From Eledone cirrhosa (taxonomy: Eukaryota): a stretch of 64,000 bases of DNA. The stretch spans positions 1 through 64,000 of the forward strand of contig CAXHJY010000861.1 in assembly GCA_964016885.1 (NCBI GenBank), given 5' to 3'. The notes below the pieces were generated by a model, which was not told where the DNA came from, made no database searches, and saw only the letters and a program-made list of their open reading frames with translations. Positions 50,660 to 62,360 of the stretch are shown here, piece by piece (within the stretch, counting starts at the first letter, position 1; each line of letters begins with the position of its first letter). Both the position numbers and the translations under genes were made by a program.

Positions 50660-50888
50660 CATCATCATCACCGTTTTACGTTCATTCTTCCACATTAGCA
50701 TGGGTTAAATGGGTTGTCTTGTGGGCAATGCCAGATCAGGTGACCATGTCTTGCTCATACAGAACTGATTTTGGCTTGATTTCTACAGCTGGATGCCCTT
50801 CCTAGTGCCAACCTCATTTACAGTGAGTACTGGGTGCTTTTTTACAGTGTGGACTGGGTGCTTTTTTGTTGTGACACCTCTATGACCA
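50660..50888 (-). mobile_element. RTE-A 3' UTR or SINE-tail fragment
   Basis: Diverged match to 40288-40540. Confidence 0.8.
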
Positions 50889-51677
50889 ATCAAACCACAG
50901 CAACATATCCTCACCCATTATCAACCCCAACAAATTCTGCCATTACTACTACTGTGCTTCTAGCCCTGCATATATATATACTAGCTGAGGTACCCAGTTC
51001 CCATTAAAATGCCCAAAGCCTCTCGGACCATAAATGAAATCAAAATATAGGACAGATAATCAAAAGCGAAGACAAATTCATTTACGAAACAATAATACAA
51101 ACAAATATTGTTGATTGCATTGGTCAGGTGAAAAAATGTTTGTCAGAGAAGTTGAGTGTTGCTAAAAGGAAGAAAATAGAACCCCCATTAAGGTGTCTTA
51201 ATATCATTGAAATTTGCTGAAATGTGAATAGGCAGCATATCTTGTCATTTAGCTATGGTTTAAATTTCATATAAATCGAAGGGAAAAAATTAAGCGGTGG
51301 TTTGAACCCCCGGGGAACTCTTTGATTAAAATGAAATATTTGCAATCGTATTCTTTCGGTAATTACCAAGATTTGTGACCATAGGTAAAGGTTTGCACAA
51401 AAACTGAACTGAAGATCTGCCTTCTGATTACTGAAGCTGGAGCAATACTGCTCCAGCTCCTGCAATTGTTGCACTTAATTCAGCCTTCTGCCTTTCATCA
51501 CTCGTAAACAAGTTAGTTTCAATTTTAGGCTTTAAACTACATGCCTGTCACAGTATTCTAACGTATATGTGACTCCCTAATAACAAGGAAATCTCTATGT
51601 GGTCATTAAATCTGCTAAAAATGATAACCAATAAACCACTATAATGGTAAACAATTGTATATATATATATATATAGT

Positions 51678-51775
51678 GGAGGTGCGTGGCCTACATGGGT
51701 TTGATTCCTGGAGCAAGTTGTGTGTTGTGTTCTTGAGCAAAACACTTCATTTCACGTTGCTCCAGTATACTCAGG
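51678..51775 (+). mobile_element. Degraded SINE head and core
   Basis: TTGAGCAAAACACTTCATTTCACGTTGCTCCAGT core shared with the other SINEs. Confidence 0.65.
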
Positions 51776-52105
51776 ACAATGGAGTTTGATGTTGAAGATG
51801 GATAGACTGATCAGTATATATATAGTTTATACACAGTGGTACCTTAGATTTAGGTCCAATGATTGCTGGACACAGTATATTGAGGATAGGCTGACCAGTA
51901 GTGACCAGTATATAGTTTATATAGTGGTACCTTAGATTTAAGTCCAATAATTGCTGGACATTGATTTTATTCTTTTTCTTTTTTACAGCCAGAAAAAATA
52001 TAAAAATCAAAAAGGCTCCTAAAAAGAAGGTCACAAAAGAGGATCAGTTCCTTGTTCTGCCACTGCAACCCAGTCTCTCTTTTAGAAGATTTCAACAAAC
52101 CAACA

Positions 52106-52264
52106 ATGGAGAGTAATGACCAGTCATTCTTTACTGTATTACGGGATTTGGCTAGGAAGCTGGATAATCTACCTAATTGTGCTGATATTTTGTCCAAATC
52201 AGAGAAGAAACTTCAGTCTCTCAAATACATGAAAGATCTCTCACAGAACTTAAATAACAACATA
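52106..52264 (+). CDS. SKA3: SKA3-like (spindle and kinetochore-associated complex subunit 3), first coding exon (exon 51989-52264)
   Basis: Strong acceptor TTCTTTTTCTTTTTTACAG|51989, in-frame upstream stop at 52001, ACAATGG start, donor ATA|GTAAGT in phase 0. MESNDQSFFTVLRDLARKLD resembles the SKA3 N-terminus (human MDPIRSFCGKLRSLASTLD, recalled). Confidence 0.78.
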
Positions 52265-52319
52265 GTAAGTCTCTCACTGAACATGTGGCTGTGTAGACCC
52301 AGATCAGACCCTGTGGACA

Positions 52320-52460
52320 CAGTGAACATGTAGTTTGTGGCTGTGTAGGTCTAAATTGGACCTAGTGAACATGTAGTGTTATGTAACTCTAATTCAGACC
52401 TGGTGAACATGTAGTGTTATGTAACTCTAGTACAGACCTGGTGAACATGTAGTGTTACGT
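52320..52460. repeat. ~40-bp imperfect tandem repeat (GTGAACATGTAGTGTTATGTAACTCT...)
   Basis: 3-4 copies just downstream of the exon donor. Confidence 0.7.
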
Positions 52461-52549
52461 GGGTAGAAATGTTAGAACATCAGATAAAATATTTTATAGA
52501 ATTTGTTTCAGTTTACATTCTGAGTTTGAATTCATTCAGGATTTGGAAA

Positions 52550-52925
52550 TAGAGGGGGGTATATTAGCCCTGTATATAGGGGGGGGGGGGGGGTATATTA
52601 GCCCTGTATATAGAGGGGGGGTGTATATTAGCCCTGTATATGGAGGGGGGTATATTAGCCTTGTATATGGAGAGGGGGGTATATTAGCTCTGTATATGGA
52701 GGGGGTATATTAGCTCTGTATAGAGGGGGGTATATTAGCCTTGTATATATAGGGGGGTATATTAGCCCTGTATATAGAGGGGGTATATTAGCCTTGTATA
52801 TGGAGAGGGGGGTATATTAGCCTTGTATATGGAGAGGGGGTATATTAGCTCTGTATATGGAGGGGGGTATATTAGCCTTGTATATGGAGAGGGGGGGTAT
52901 ATTAGCCCTGTATATAGAGAGGTTA
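52550..52925. repeat. ~27-30-bp G-rich minisatellite (GGGGGTATATTAGCCCTGTATATAGA)
   Basis: About 13 copies with variable G-runs. Confidence 0.9.
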
Positions 52926-53004
52926 TATTAACCTAGCCTCAAGGGGTGGAGGTATGATATCAACAAAACCTTATGGCTGTGTGTTTCTAAGATGGATTGA
53001 TATT

Positions 53005-53500
53005 AAAGCTGTGTGTTAACATAGCTTTGTATGTGTGTGTGTTAACATAGCTGTATGTGTGTGTGTTAACATAGCTTTGAATGTGTGCGTGTGTGTGTAT
53101 AACAGCTTTGTATGTGTGTGTGTATTAACATAGCTTTGTATGTGTATGTGTTAACATAGCTTTGTATGTGTGTATAACAGCTTTGTATGTGTGTGTGTAT
53201 TAACATAGCTGTGTATGTGTGTGTGTGTACAACAGCTTTGTGTGTGTATTAACATAGCTTTGTGTGTATGTATAACAGCTTTGTATATATATATGTATGT
53301 GTGTGTGTGTGTGTCAACATAGCTTTATATGTGTGTGTGTGTGTCAACATAGCTTTGTATGTGTGTATCAACATAGCTTTGTATGTGTGTGTATTAATGT
53401 AGATTTATATATATGTGTGTATCTGTATACCAACATAACTTTATATATGTATGTATATATCAAAATATCTTTGTATGTGCATATCAACATAGCTTTGTAA
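53005..53500. repeat. Compound (TG)n minisatellite with an AACATAGCTTTG anchor
   Basis: Repeated TAACATAGCTTTGTATGTGTG. Confidence 0.85.
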
Positions 53501-53550
53501 ATATACAATAGCAATACCTCATCTGTGTGAGTGCATTATTTGCATGTATG

Positions 53551-53605
<55 letters not shown>

Positions 53606-53606
<1 letters not shown>

Positions 53607-54105
53607 TCATTTTACGTCTGCTTTTCCCTGCTTGCAAGGGTGGGACGGGTCCTATTCAGCACAGCATCTTTCCATTCGTCACCGTCCCTCGTCATCTCCT
53701 CTGTGAGATTCAGCTATCTGAGGTCTGCTCTCACCACCTCCACCTATGTTTTTCGTGGTCTTCAATCTACTGGGGTTTCTTGGCACTTCTTTACCCAGCG
53801 GTCATCACATGTCCATACCATCTCAGTTTTCTCTCCTGCACACCACAACTTATCCCGCTTAAACCCAGTTTCTCTCTCAACTCATCTATGCTTGGTCGTT
53901 CACACATATCCATCGGAGCATGTTTGCTTCATTTCTCTCCAGCCATCGCATATCCTCCGCAGTTGCTGCGCATGTCTCACTGCCATGCAGCATCGCGCAT
54001 CTCATACAGGCATCATATAACTGGCCTTTCGTTCATAGGGAGAAACCCTTTGTTGTCAACAGAGGAAGCAGCTCCCTAAACTTCCTCCTTCCTGTTCTTA
54101 TTCTA
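53606..54105 (-). mobile_element. RTE family C 3' fragment
   Basis: Diverged match to 55021-55565. Confidence 0.8.
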
Positions 54106-55020
54106 CATGTATGTACATGTATATATATATACATGTACATACATGTATATATATATATATACGCAGTGATACGTACAAGCACACACACACTCATATATGT
54201 ATATAGAATATAAAGGTGTCTCTGTTACTCTAATCACGCCCCTCCCCCTTCTCTATTCTCAAGACAAAGACAGAAGAAAAAGAAAAGATATTCCATCTTA
54301 CTTGAAAGTTAATCGATTACTTCTTCAATCTAACTCTGCATCGTTATCCTCTAATTACTTGCCAACTTTAATTAATCTCAACTCTAACCCCCCCCCCCCT
54401 CCTGCACTCAGTATAACTACAAAGTTTAAAATGACTCATGCAACTGCTTTCTCTGTTTCGTCTCCTCTCCTCACTCTCTTCTATTTTGACACACACACAC
54501 ATATATATACATATATATAAATAAATGGGTGTGTCTGTATGTGTGTATATATGTCTGTCTGCATGTGTGTGTGAAAAGATAAAAACAACCAAGAAAGATA
54601 ACTCTGTAACCTTAATTAATTTAGCCCCTCCCTCCCTCAAATCCTTTCTTTGTCTCTCTCACTCTCCTACTCTCACTATCCCTCTCTCACTCCCCCACTC
54701 CCACCCACTATATTATCTATATTGACCAGAAACAGTTAATCTCTGACCAAAGTGTAAACTATCTCAATGTTGATAGTCAACTAATAAGCTCCTCATTAGA
54801 TCATTGTTGTCTGTCTTATTAAATGAGATTGTTACCCCTATGAAGTAGGGGTGGGATTCTTTATTTGTTATCTCTTAATATTTTATTTAAGGTAAAGATG
54901 AAAGTAGATATTCTTTCTTGCCCTCTGATAATCTCTCTCTCTATATATTATATATAAAAAAATTTTTTTCCTTTTTTTTTTTTTATGTCCGCTTTTCCCT
55001 GCTTATACATATATAACAAT

Positions 55021-57985
55021 ATCATCATCATCATCATTTTACGTCCGCTTTTCCCTGCTTGCAAGGTTGGGACGGGTCTTGTTCAGCACAACATCTCTCC
55101 ACTTGTCACGGTCCTTCGTCATCTCCTCTGTGAGCTTCAGTGATCTGAGGTGTTCTCACCACCTCGCCCATGTTTTTCGTAGTCTACCTCTACCACGTCT
55201 TCCTTCAACTGGCAATTCCTGGCACTTCTTCACCCATCGGTCATCCTCCATGCACATCACATGACCATACCACCGCAGTCTCCTCTCTCGCACACTACAT
55301 TCTATCCCTCTTATACAGTTTCTCTCTCAACACATCCATGCTGGGTCATTCATGCACATTGACATTGCACATCCAACAGAGCATGCTTGCCTCATTTCTC
55401 TCCAGCCGTTGCATATCCTTTGCAGTTGCTGCCCAAGTCTCACTACCATGCAACATCGCGTTCCTCACACAGGCATCAAATAACCGGCCTTTCGTATGCA
55501 GGGAGAAACCCTTCTTCGTCAACAGAGGAAGCAGCTCCCTAAACTTCTTCCAACCCGTCCTTATTCTAGATACTATGGCCCAGGAACCCCTCCCCCCTCC
55601 CATGCTAATCTGATCTCCTAGGTACCGGAAGCTATCCACCACTTCTATAGAACCCGCCTGCATTTGAAAAATGTGTCTATCACTATAATTACTACTGCCA
55701 ACTTTCCCTGTACATCTACTGCATATGTAGTTTTCCCTACCTGTTAGTTTGCCTGCTATCCCACTACATGTCTTGTGTACCCAGGATCTGTATTGTGTGC
55801 ATTTTATAGAATTTATGCCAGTTCCTTTTCTGCATATTGAACATGGCCATTTCCTTGACAGAATTAGAGTTTTGGCCTCTTTTCTACTCATCAACACTTT
55901 TGTCTTAGCTAGGTTCACTCTCAGTCCTCTTGCTTCCAACTGCTGTTTCCATAGCCAGAATTTATTCTATAGCTCCTCTACTGATTCTGCTATAAGAACC
56001 AAATCATCAGCATAGAGAAGTTCCCTTGGACAGCCAGTCTTAAACTCCTTTGTTATAGCTTGGAGGACTATAATGAACAAGAGCGGGCTGAGGACCGAAC
56101 CTTGATGTACTCCTACTTGTATCTGGAATTCCTCACTAAACTCCATTCCTACCCTCACTTTACTGACAGCACCTCTGTACAAAGTTTGCCCTGTCCTCAC
56201 AAGCCATCCCTCAACACCTAGCTTCCTTAGGGACCACCAGATGACAGATCGGAGTACCCTATCAAAGGCCTTCTCTAGGTCAACAAAGGCTAAGTATAGT
56301 GGCTTATTCTTCTCTAAGAACCTCTCTCGTAATTGTCTCACCAAGAAGAGGGCATCTGTTGTACTTTTCCCAGGCACAAAACCAAACTGCATCTCATCTA
56401 GTTTGACCCTTTCTCTAATTAGTTGTGCTAATATCCTTTCTGCCACTTTCATAACCTGATCCATCAGTTTTATACCCCTATAATTGCTCCTCTGCAGAGC
56501 ATCCCCTGATGCCTTCAGCATCTCAGCAACTATCCCCGATGATCCAGCAGCCTTACCATTTTTCATTTCCTTAATCGCCTCTTGGACCCTATATTCGTCA
56601 ATCTCAAAAGCTGGTCCCTCTGTCGGATCTACTGAGGGTAATTTCTCTCTCTCCCATTCGTTCTCCACATTCATCAGTCTCTCATAATGACATTTCCAGG
56701 CCTCCTTTTTTTTCTGATCATTCGTGACACTAAGTACACCGGCATCATTCCGGACACATTTATCTCCAACAACTTCCTGATTTGCACTGACACACTGCCT
56801 TGCAATGCGGAACACCGCCCGTCTCTGATCTTCCCGTCGCAGAACATTAGCAAACCTACTCTCAGCCTCCCTGTGTGCTAAGTACACCTGACGTCTAGCT
56901 TCTCTCTTAGCGGCTGTTTATCCTTCTCTACTCCCACCCTTTTTCTAAGCCTTCATGCTAGTCTTTTGTCTCTAATGGCTCTATCTACTGTGCTGTTCCA
57001 CCACCAGGTCACTCTCTGTCTGGTTGGAGCTCTGCTCCAGCCACAAATTTCATTAGTAGCCTGCAGTAAGTTGTCACGTAAGAAATTCCAGTTATTATCT
57101 ATGTCATACGACTCTAAATCGTCTTCTTTTTCGTCATATACATCTTGAAGGGCTTTCCTAAATTTGTATGTTAGTGAAAGGTCTTTTAGCTTCCAGACCT
57201 TTCTTCTTCACACCTTCCTGTATGTCTCATTCCATCTCTTGCTTATTGAGATATCACTAACGACTAACCTATGCTGTGGGGTACATTCTTCCCCAGGGTA
57301 TGCCTTGGTATTTGACACATCTGCCTGTTCCGGTGCCTAACTAGTAAGAAGTCAATCTGGCTTATGTGCTTGCCTGATTTGTAGGTTATTAGGTGGTTGG
57401 CAGGTTTCTGGAAGTTTGTGTTGCAAATAGTCAGTGTACCTGCATCACAAAATTCAAGAAGTCTCACTCCTTCTTCATTTCTTGAGCAGTAACCGTGCGC
57501 ACCATGTACCCCAGTGTAACCATCCTGGAGCTGTCCAACATGTCCATTGAAGTCTCCTGCTAGCATAACGATGTCTCCGCCCTCTGTCATTGGCTGTTTG
57601 TAAAAGTTGCTTGTAAAAGCAGTCTTTCTCTTCTTTGCCTAAGCCTGCTTGGGGAGCATAGGCTGAGATTGTCAGTAGTCTCCTACCTACAACTAATCTA
57701 AGCTTAATTATTCAATTATTAAGTCAAACTACATCTATTGTCTTATTGACCCATCTCTCAGCCAGGAAAATGCCTACTACCCCTAACCCATCATCCTTAC
57801 CTACCCAGAAAAGCTTATAGCTAAGATGTGTGACTGCGACTAGTCTCGCAGAAGCACCTCTCCATCTCACCTCTTGCACCAGCACACATCCATATGCCTT
57901 CTCTCTAGTTCTCTCTATTTCACCAGATCTACCTGTGAGAGTGCCAACATTAAGTGTTGCAACTCTGAGATGCAACGTCTTCATA
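55021..57985 (-). mobile_element. RTE LINE family C, near full coding length, decayed, very short 3' UTR
   Basis: LRVATLNVGTLTGRS, QEVRWRG, AGDFNGH, FVDLEKAFD, YADD, PHD remnant, (GAT)n tail. Confidence 0.92.
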
Positions 57986-58129
57986 TTTTTGTTGTTCCTA
58001 TATATTTGTTGCTGTGCACATAATATATATATATAACCCATGCTAGCGTGGAAAATGGACGTTAAACGATGATGATGATGATGATGATGATATATATATC
58101 ATCATCATCATTTTACGTCCGCTTTTCCG

Positions 58130-58270
58130 TTATTTTTATCTAAAGACATTTTTCCCAATTTCACCTAGCCTGTCTCTTCAATCTATCTTATTTCTCATTC
58201 TTTCTTCTGATGAAGGACTAGCGTTGTATACTGTACCAATTGTGTTATTTCTGTTTACCTTTTTACATAT
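58130..58270 (+). mobile_element. Solo pLTR remnant of the 8320-8520 Penelope family; hammerhead deleted after CTGATGAAGGACTAGCGT
   Basis: High similarity to 8322-8520 with an internal deletion. Confidence 0.75.
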
Positions 58271-58274
58271 ATAT

Positions 58275-58705
58275 CATCATCATCATCATCACTGTTTTAC
58301 GTCCGTTCTTCCACGCTAGCATGGGTTAGACGGGTTGCCCTGTTGTAGGCAGTAGCCGGTCGGCTGACCATGCCTTGCTCATACGGGAACTGATTCTGGC
58401 TTGATTTCTACAGCTGGATGCCCTTCCTAACACCAACCTCATTTACAGTGAGTGCTGGGTGCTTTTTTCCGTGGCGCCTACATGTCCACTTTACAGTGTG
58501 GGCTGGGTGCTTTTTTGCTGTGGCACCTCCACGACCACCTTGCAGTGGGAGGGTGTGGGGCATATTGTCTATATGCTTCAGCTTCAGCTTGTACCTATGG
58601 TGGGGTCGGGTCTTCTGTATTACTGTGTGACGCCAGAGGTCACGGTCGTGTGTCATAGCCTTTGAGAGGTGTAATTGGGTAAGGTCGGCTTTTATCACCT
58701 CATCC
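58275..58705 (-). mobile_element. RTE family A 3' end
   Basis: DEVIKADLTQLHLSKAMTHDRDLW plus the UTR. Confidence 0.9.
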
Positions 58706-59357
58706 CCGCTCTTATTATGAAAAGGTGTAGCAGAGAATCCCGCGTGAACTAACAGCTCGGGATGAAACTGCTTACCTCGAAGATTCATTCGCCATCGTTC
58801 TTGTCAACGCTCCGTTTAGTTGGTATTTGTTGGTCTACAGTTAGATGAATGGCATACAAAGGGTTAATGTTTATTGGCAAGAAGTGGCAACTGGGCTGGC
58901 TTGCCTCGCTTATATTATATATTAAAATAACAGATTAAAGTTTAAGCAAAGAATCGCTGCTTTCACTCTTAACGGGATTTTCTCTAAACTAAAAAAATCA
59001 ATCTGTGAATGCAGAAGTAAATATTTCGAAAAACGGTGCAACCGAAGGAAACCAGGAAGACGATACTTTGGTTCGTGAAGACGTTCCCTGGCAATGAACA
59101 GAAAATAGCGAAGATAATACGGCATCAATGTTTGTCAGAATGTCGTAATGCAGACAACCAGGCATACAGACAGATATTATAAGGGCACGACGGAGATGGA
59201 TAACCCGCGCCTAACACCCCTTTAACAATAGAAAATTTAAAAATAAAAGCTGCAGTTAATATCTTTAGACCGCAAGGAATATATAAATGCAAGTTTAAAG
59301 TCAATCGGAGCAGAAATGTAGATTTGTATACACTTTGCAAAAATGAGGAGACACACA

Positions 59358-60488
59358 CACAGACAACTTTTTTTTCTCTTTTTTATCAGGTCGAGCTTGC
59401 TCGGCTTTCTACGACACGTTTCCTCCATCCATCTCTGTCTCTCATAGCGTTTGCCACTTCTTCCGCAGTGCATCCAGTATCGTCCTCAAGTTGCTTGACG
59501 TATGTCTTCTTGGGACGACCAGCGTTTCTCGCTCCATGAGATGGACTCCATAACAATACATCACCTGCTATTTCTTCCTTGCTGCGCCAACAGTGGCCAG
59601 CAAATCTGAGTCTCTGTCCACGTATTGACCTGCTGATAGGTGGTATATTGCCATAGAGATCCTTATTTGTTGGGTGTTCTCTCCAAGATACGTTTAAAGC
59701 AGCACGGAGCATACGTGTGTATGCCCCATCTAGCTTTTTCTCCAGTTTCAACGTTAACGTCCAAGTGACAGAGCCATAAGCCAGCACAGATTCCACAGCA
59801 GCTCTGAAGAAATTCCTTTTCAGTTTGGCCGGCAGGTTTGATTTCCATATTTTTTCCATTGCATTCAATGCTCCCCAGGCTTTTCCCAGTCTGATGTTAA
59901 CATCATGTTCTGGAAGGCGTAAAAGCCAAAAACCTCCCAGCAACTCTCCTATTTATTGACTTTTCAAAAGCATTCGATTCCATCCATCGTGGGAGGATGA
60001 GAGAGATACTTATAGCCTACGGCTTGCCAAAGGAAACAGTAAATGCCATCATGATGTTATATAAAAACACCCACGCAATGGTGCGCTCACCTGATGGAGA
60101 TACCAATTTCTTTGACATCATTGCAGGAGTACACCATATATTTTTATCATCTGCCTCGACTATGTATTGAGAAAAGCCCTGAACGAAAACTTAGAGCTTG
60201 GTTTCACTCTCACAAAGCGAAAGTGTAGACGCCATGCAGCTCAGAAAATCACCGATGCTGACTATGCGGATGATTTAGCGATCCTCGCTGACTACCTTAA
60301 GGATGCAACATCACTACTTCACAGCATCAAATCAGTTGCAAAGGAAATCGGACTCTATGTCAACGCAGGCAAAACAGAATATATTTGCCTGAACCAAGAC
60401 TCCTCAGTGGGTATGCGACGTCTAAACGGTGATATAATCAAGCAAGTTGATGACTTCAAATACTTGGGTAGCTATATCACAGACAACT
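59358..60488 (-). mobile_element. 5'-inverted RTE-clade LINE (related to family D) with an 11-bp TSD and A-rich tail
   Basis: TSD CACAGACAACT at 59358-59368 and 60478-60488. 3' part on - (59386-59911); RT middle on + (~59915-60478). Confidence 0.88.
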
Positions 60489-60714
60489 ACAGTTTTATAT
60501 ATATGTATAGATATATATATATATATATGTGTGTATATATATATATAGAGAGAGAGAGAGAAATATAGATATCCTTCCGATTAGACTTTCAGATGACTTA
60601 TATCAGCATACTCTTCTCTACCACCATACCATCCTCCTACCATGACACCTCTACCACCATACCATGACACCTACTACCATGACATACCTCTACTACCATA
60701 GTGTACCTATACAG

Positions 60715-60890
60715 TGTACCTATTGTTAACTAGGTACACACAGGGGTACAGGCTACCTATTGTAAACCAGGTACACACAGGGGTACAGGCTACCTATTGT
60801 AAACCAAGTACACACAGGGGTACAGGCTACCTATTGTAAACCAGGTACACACTGGGATACAGGCTACCTATTGTAAACCAGGTACACACA
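60715..60890. repeat. 37-bp tandem repeat (ACCTATTGTAAACCAGGTACACACAGGGGTACAGGCT), ~4.5 copies
   Basis: Direct periodicity. Confidence 0.9.
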
Positions 60891-60994
60891 GCTGTGTAGA
60901 ACTGTAGGAAAACTGCCAGAGATGTAAATTTATAGTAAGACTTGTTACAATCAGACAGAACCATTTCATCTTCTTTCTTGATTTAATTTTTCAG

Positions 60995-61145
60995 TTGGAA
61001 TCTAAGAAATTAAAGGAAGACCTACAAAATTCTTATGCCACTTTCCGAAGCATCACAGATTTTACTTCCCTGATATTAGAACAACAGAAGACCATTATTG
61101 AAAGCCAGGAATCATTCTTAGAAGAACATGGCTATATTCCATATC
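60995..61145 (+). CDS. SKA3: SKA3-like second coding exon
   Basis: Acceptor TTTAATTTTTCAG|, phase-0 open frame LESKKLKEDLQNSYATFRSITDFTSLILEQQKTIIESQESFLEEHGYIPY, donor C|GTGAGT in phase 1. The end matches the SKA3 F..YGY.P motif. Confidence 0.78.
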
Positions 61146-61164
61146 GTGAGTAACTTTTCTCAAT

Positions 61165-62360
61165 TACATCATCATCATCATTATTTTATATCTGCTTTTC
61201 CATGGGTTGGATGGGTTCTTTCAGAAGAGCACCTCGTGAGCTTCAACATTTCAGATCAGTTCTCACCACCTCCACCCAGTTTTCTTTGGTCTTCTTCGAC
61301 TGCGGCTTCCTTCCACTGGGATTTCTTGGTACTTCTTCACCCAGTAATCACTATACATGCACATCACATGTCTGTACCAGCACAGTCATCTCTCCTGCAC
61401 ACAACATGATTCCTCTTATATTCAGTTTCTCTCTCAGTTCATCTATACTTTGTCTAACATTGAACATCCATTGAAGTATGCTCTCTACATGTTCTCTCCA
61501 GTCATGTTTCACTATCAAGCAGCTACTATACTTCTGGAGCACCCACCTCCACTGCTGTCAACCACTTCTATGGATCCTATCTGGGGTAGAAAAAGGTGTT
61601 ATATCATTGACACTCTTACTATCAATTGTCCCTGAACATCTATTACATAACAAGGTCTTACTTTCCTGTTAGTCTGCCTGCTATCCTGCTACATCTCTTG
61701 TGTACTCAATATTTGCATTGTCTTCATAGTATAGAGTTTCTACCTACTCCTTTTCTAAATATAAAGTGGGACCATTTTCCTGGCGGGATCAGGGCCTTGT
61801 CTTCTTTCCTATTTATTTGGTTTTTGCTAAGTTTACTCTCAGCCCTTTTGATTCAAAATTCTGTTTCCACAGTCAGAACTTATTCTCTAGTTCTGTTATT
61901 GATTCAGCTATAAGGTCCAGATCATCCCAAGTTCTTTTGGACATCCAATCTCAACTTCCTCTGTTATGGCCTGGAGAACTATGATGAACAGCAGTGAGCT
62001 GAGAACCAAACCCTGATTACATATCACAGTACTCTGTCAAAGGTTATCTTTAGATCAACAAAAGCTAGATATTGAGACTTGTTCTTTGCTATGAACTTCT
62101 CTTGTAATTGTCTCACTAAGAAGAGGGCATCTGTAGTGTTCCTCCCTCACATAAGACCAAACTACATCTCATTTAATTTCATTCTTTCCCTAATTAGTTG
62201 TCTTATAACTATTTCTGTCACTTCCATTACTTGGTCCATTAGTTTTATTCCTCTATAGTTGCTCCTTTCTAGGGCGTCACCTTTTCCCTTGTAACAATTT
62301 ATCATTGTACTGCTGCACCAGTCCTTCGGTATAACCCTGTCTTGTAGTACCTGATTAACT
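61165..62360 (-). mobile_element. Old RTE (family C-like) fragment, heavily deleted
   Basis: VNQVLQDRVIPKDWCSSTMINCYKGKGDALERSNYRGIKL, with RT and PHD remnants. Confidence 0.82.

Noticed and set aside
50978-51660. Helitron-like end (TACTAGCTGAGGTACCC) and body
   Set aside because: The CTAG terminus is suggestive, but no subterminal hairpin or second end could be verified.
52052-52333. 93-aa single-exon ORF as listed
   Set aside because: TTG start and read-through past a strong GTAAGT donor. The supported coding part is 52106-52264.
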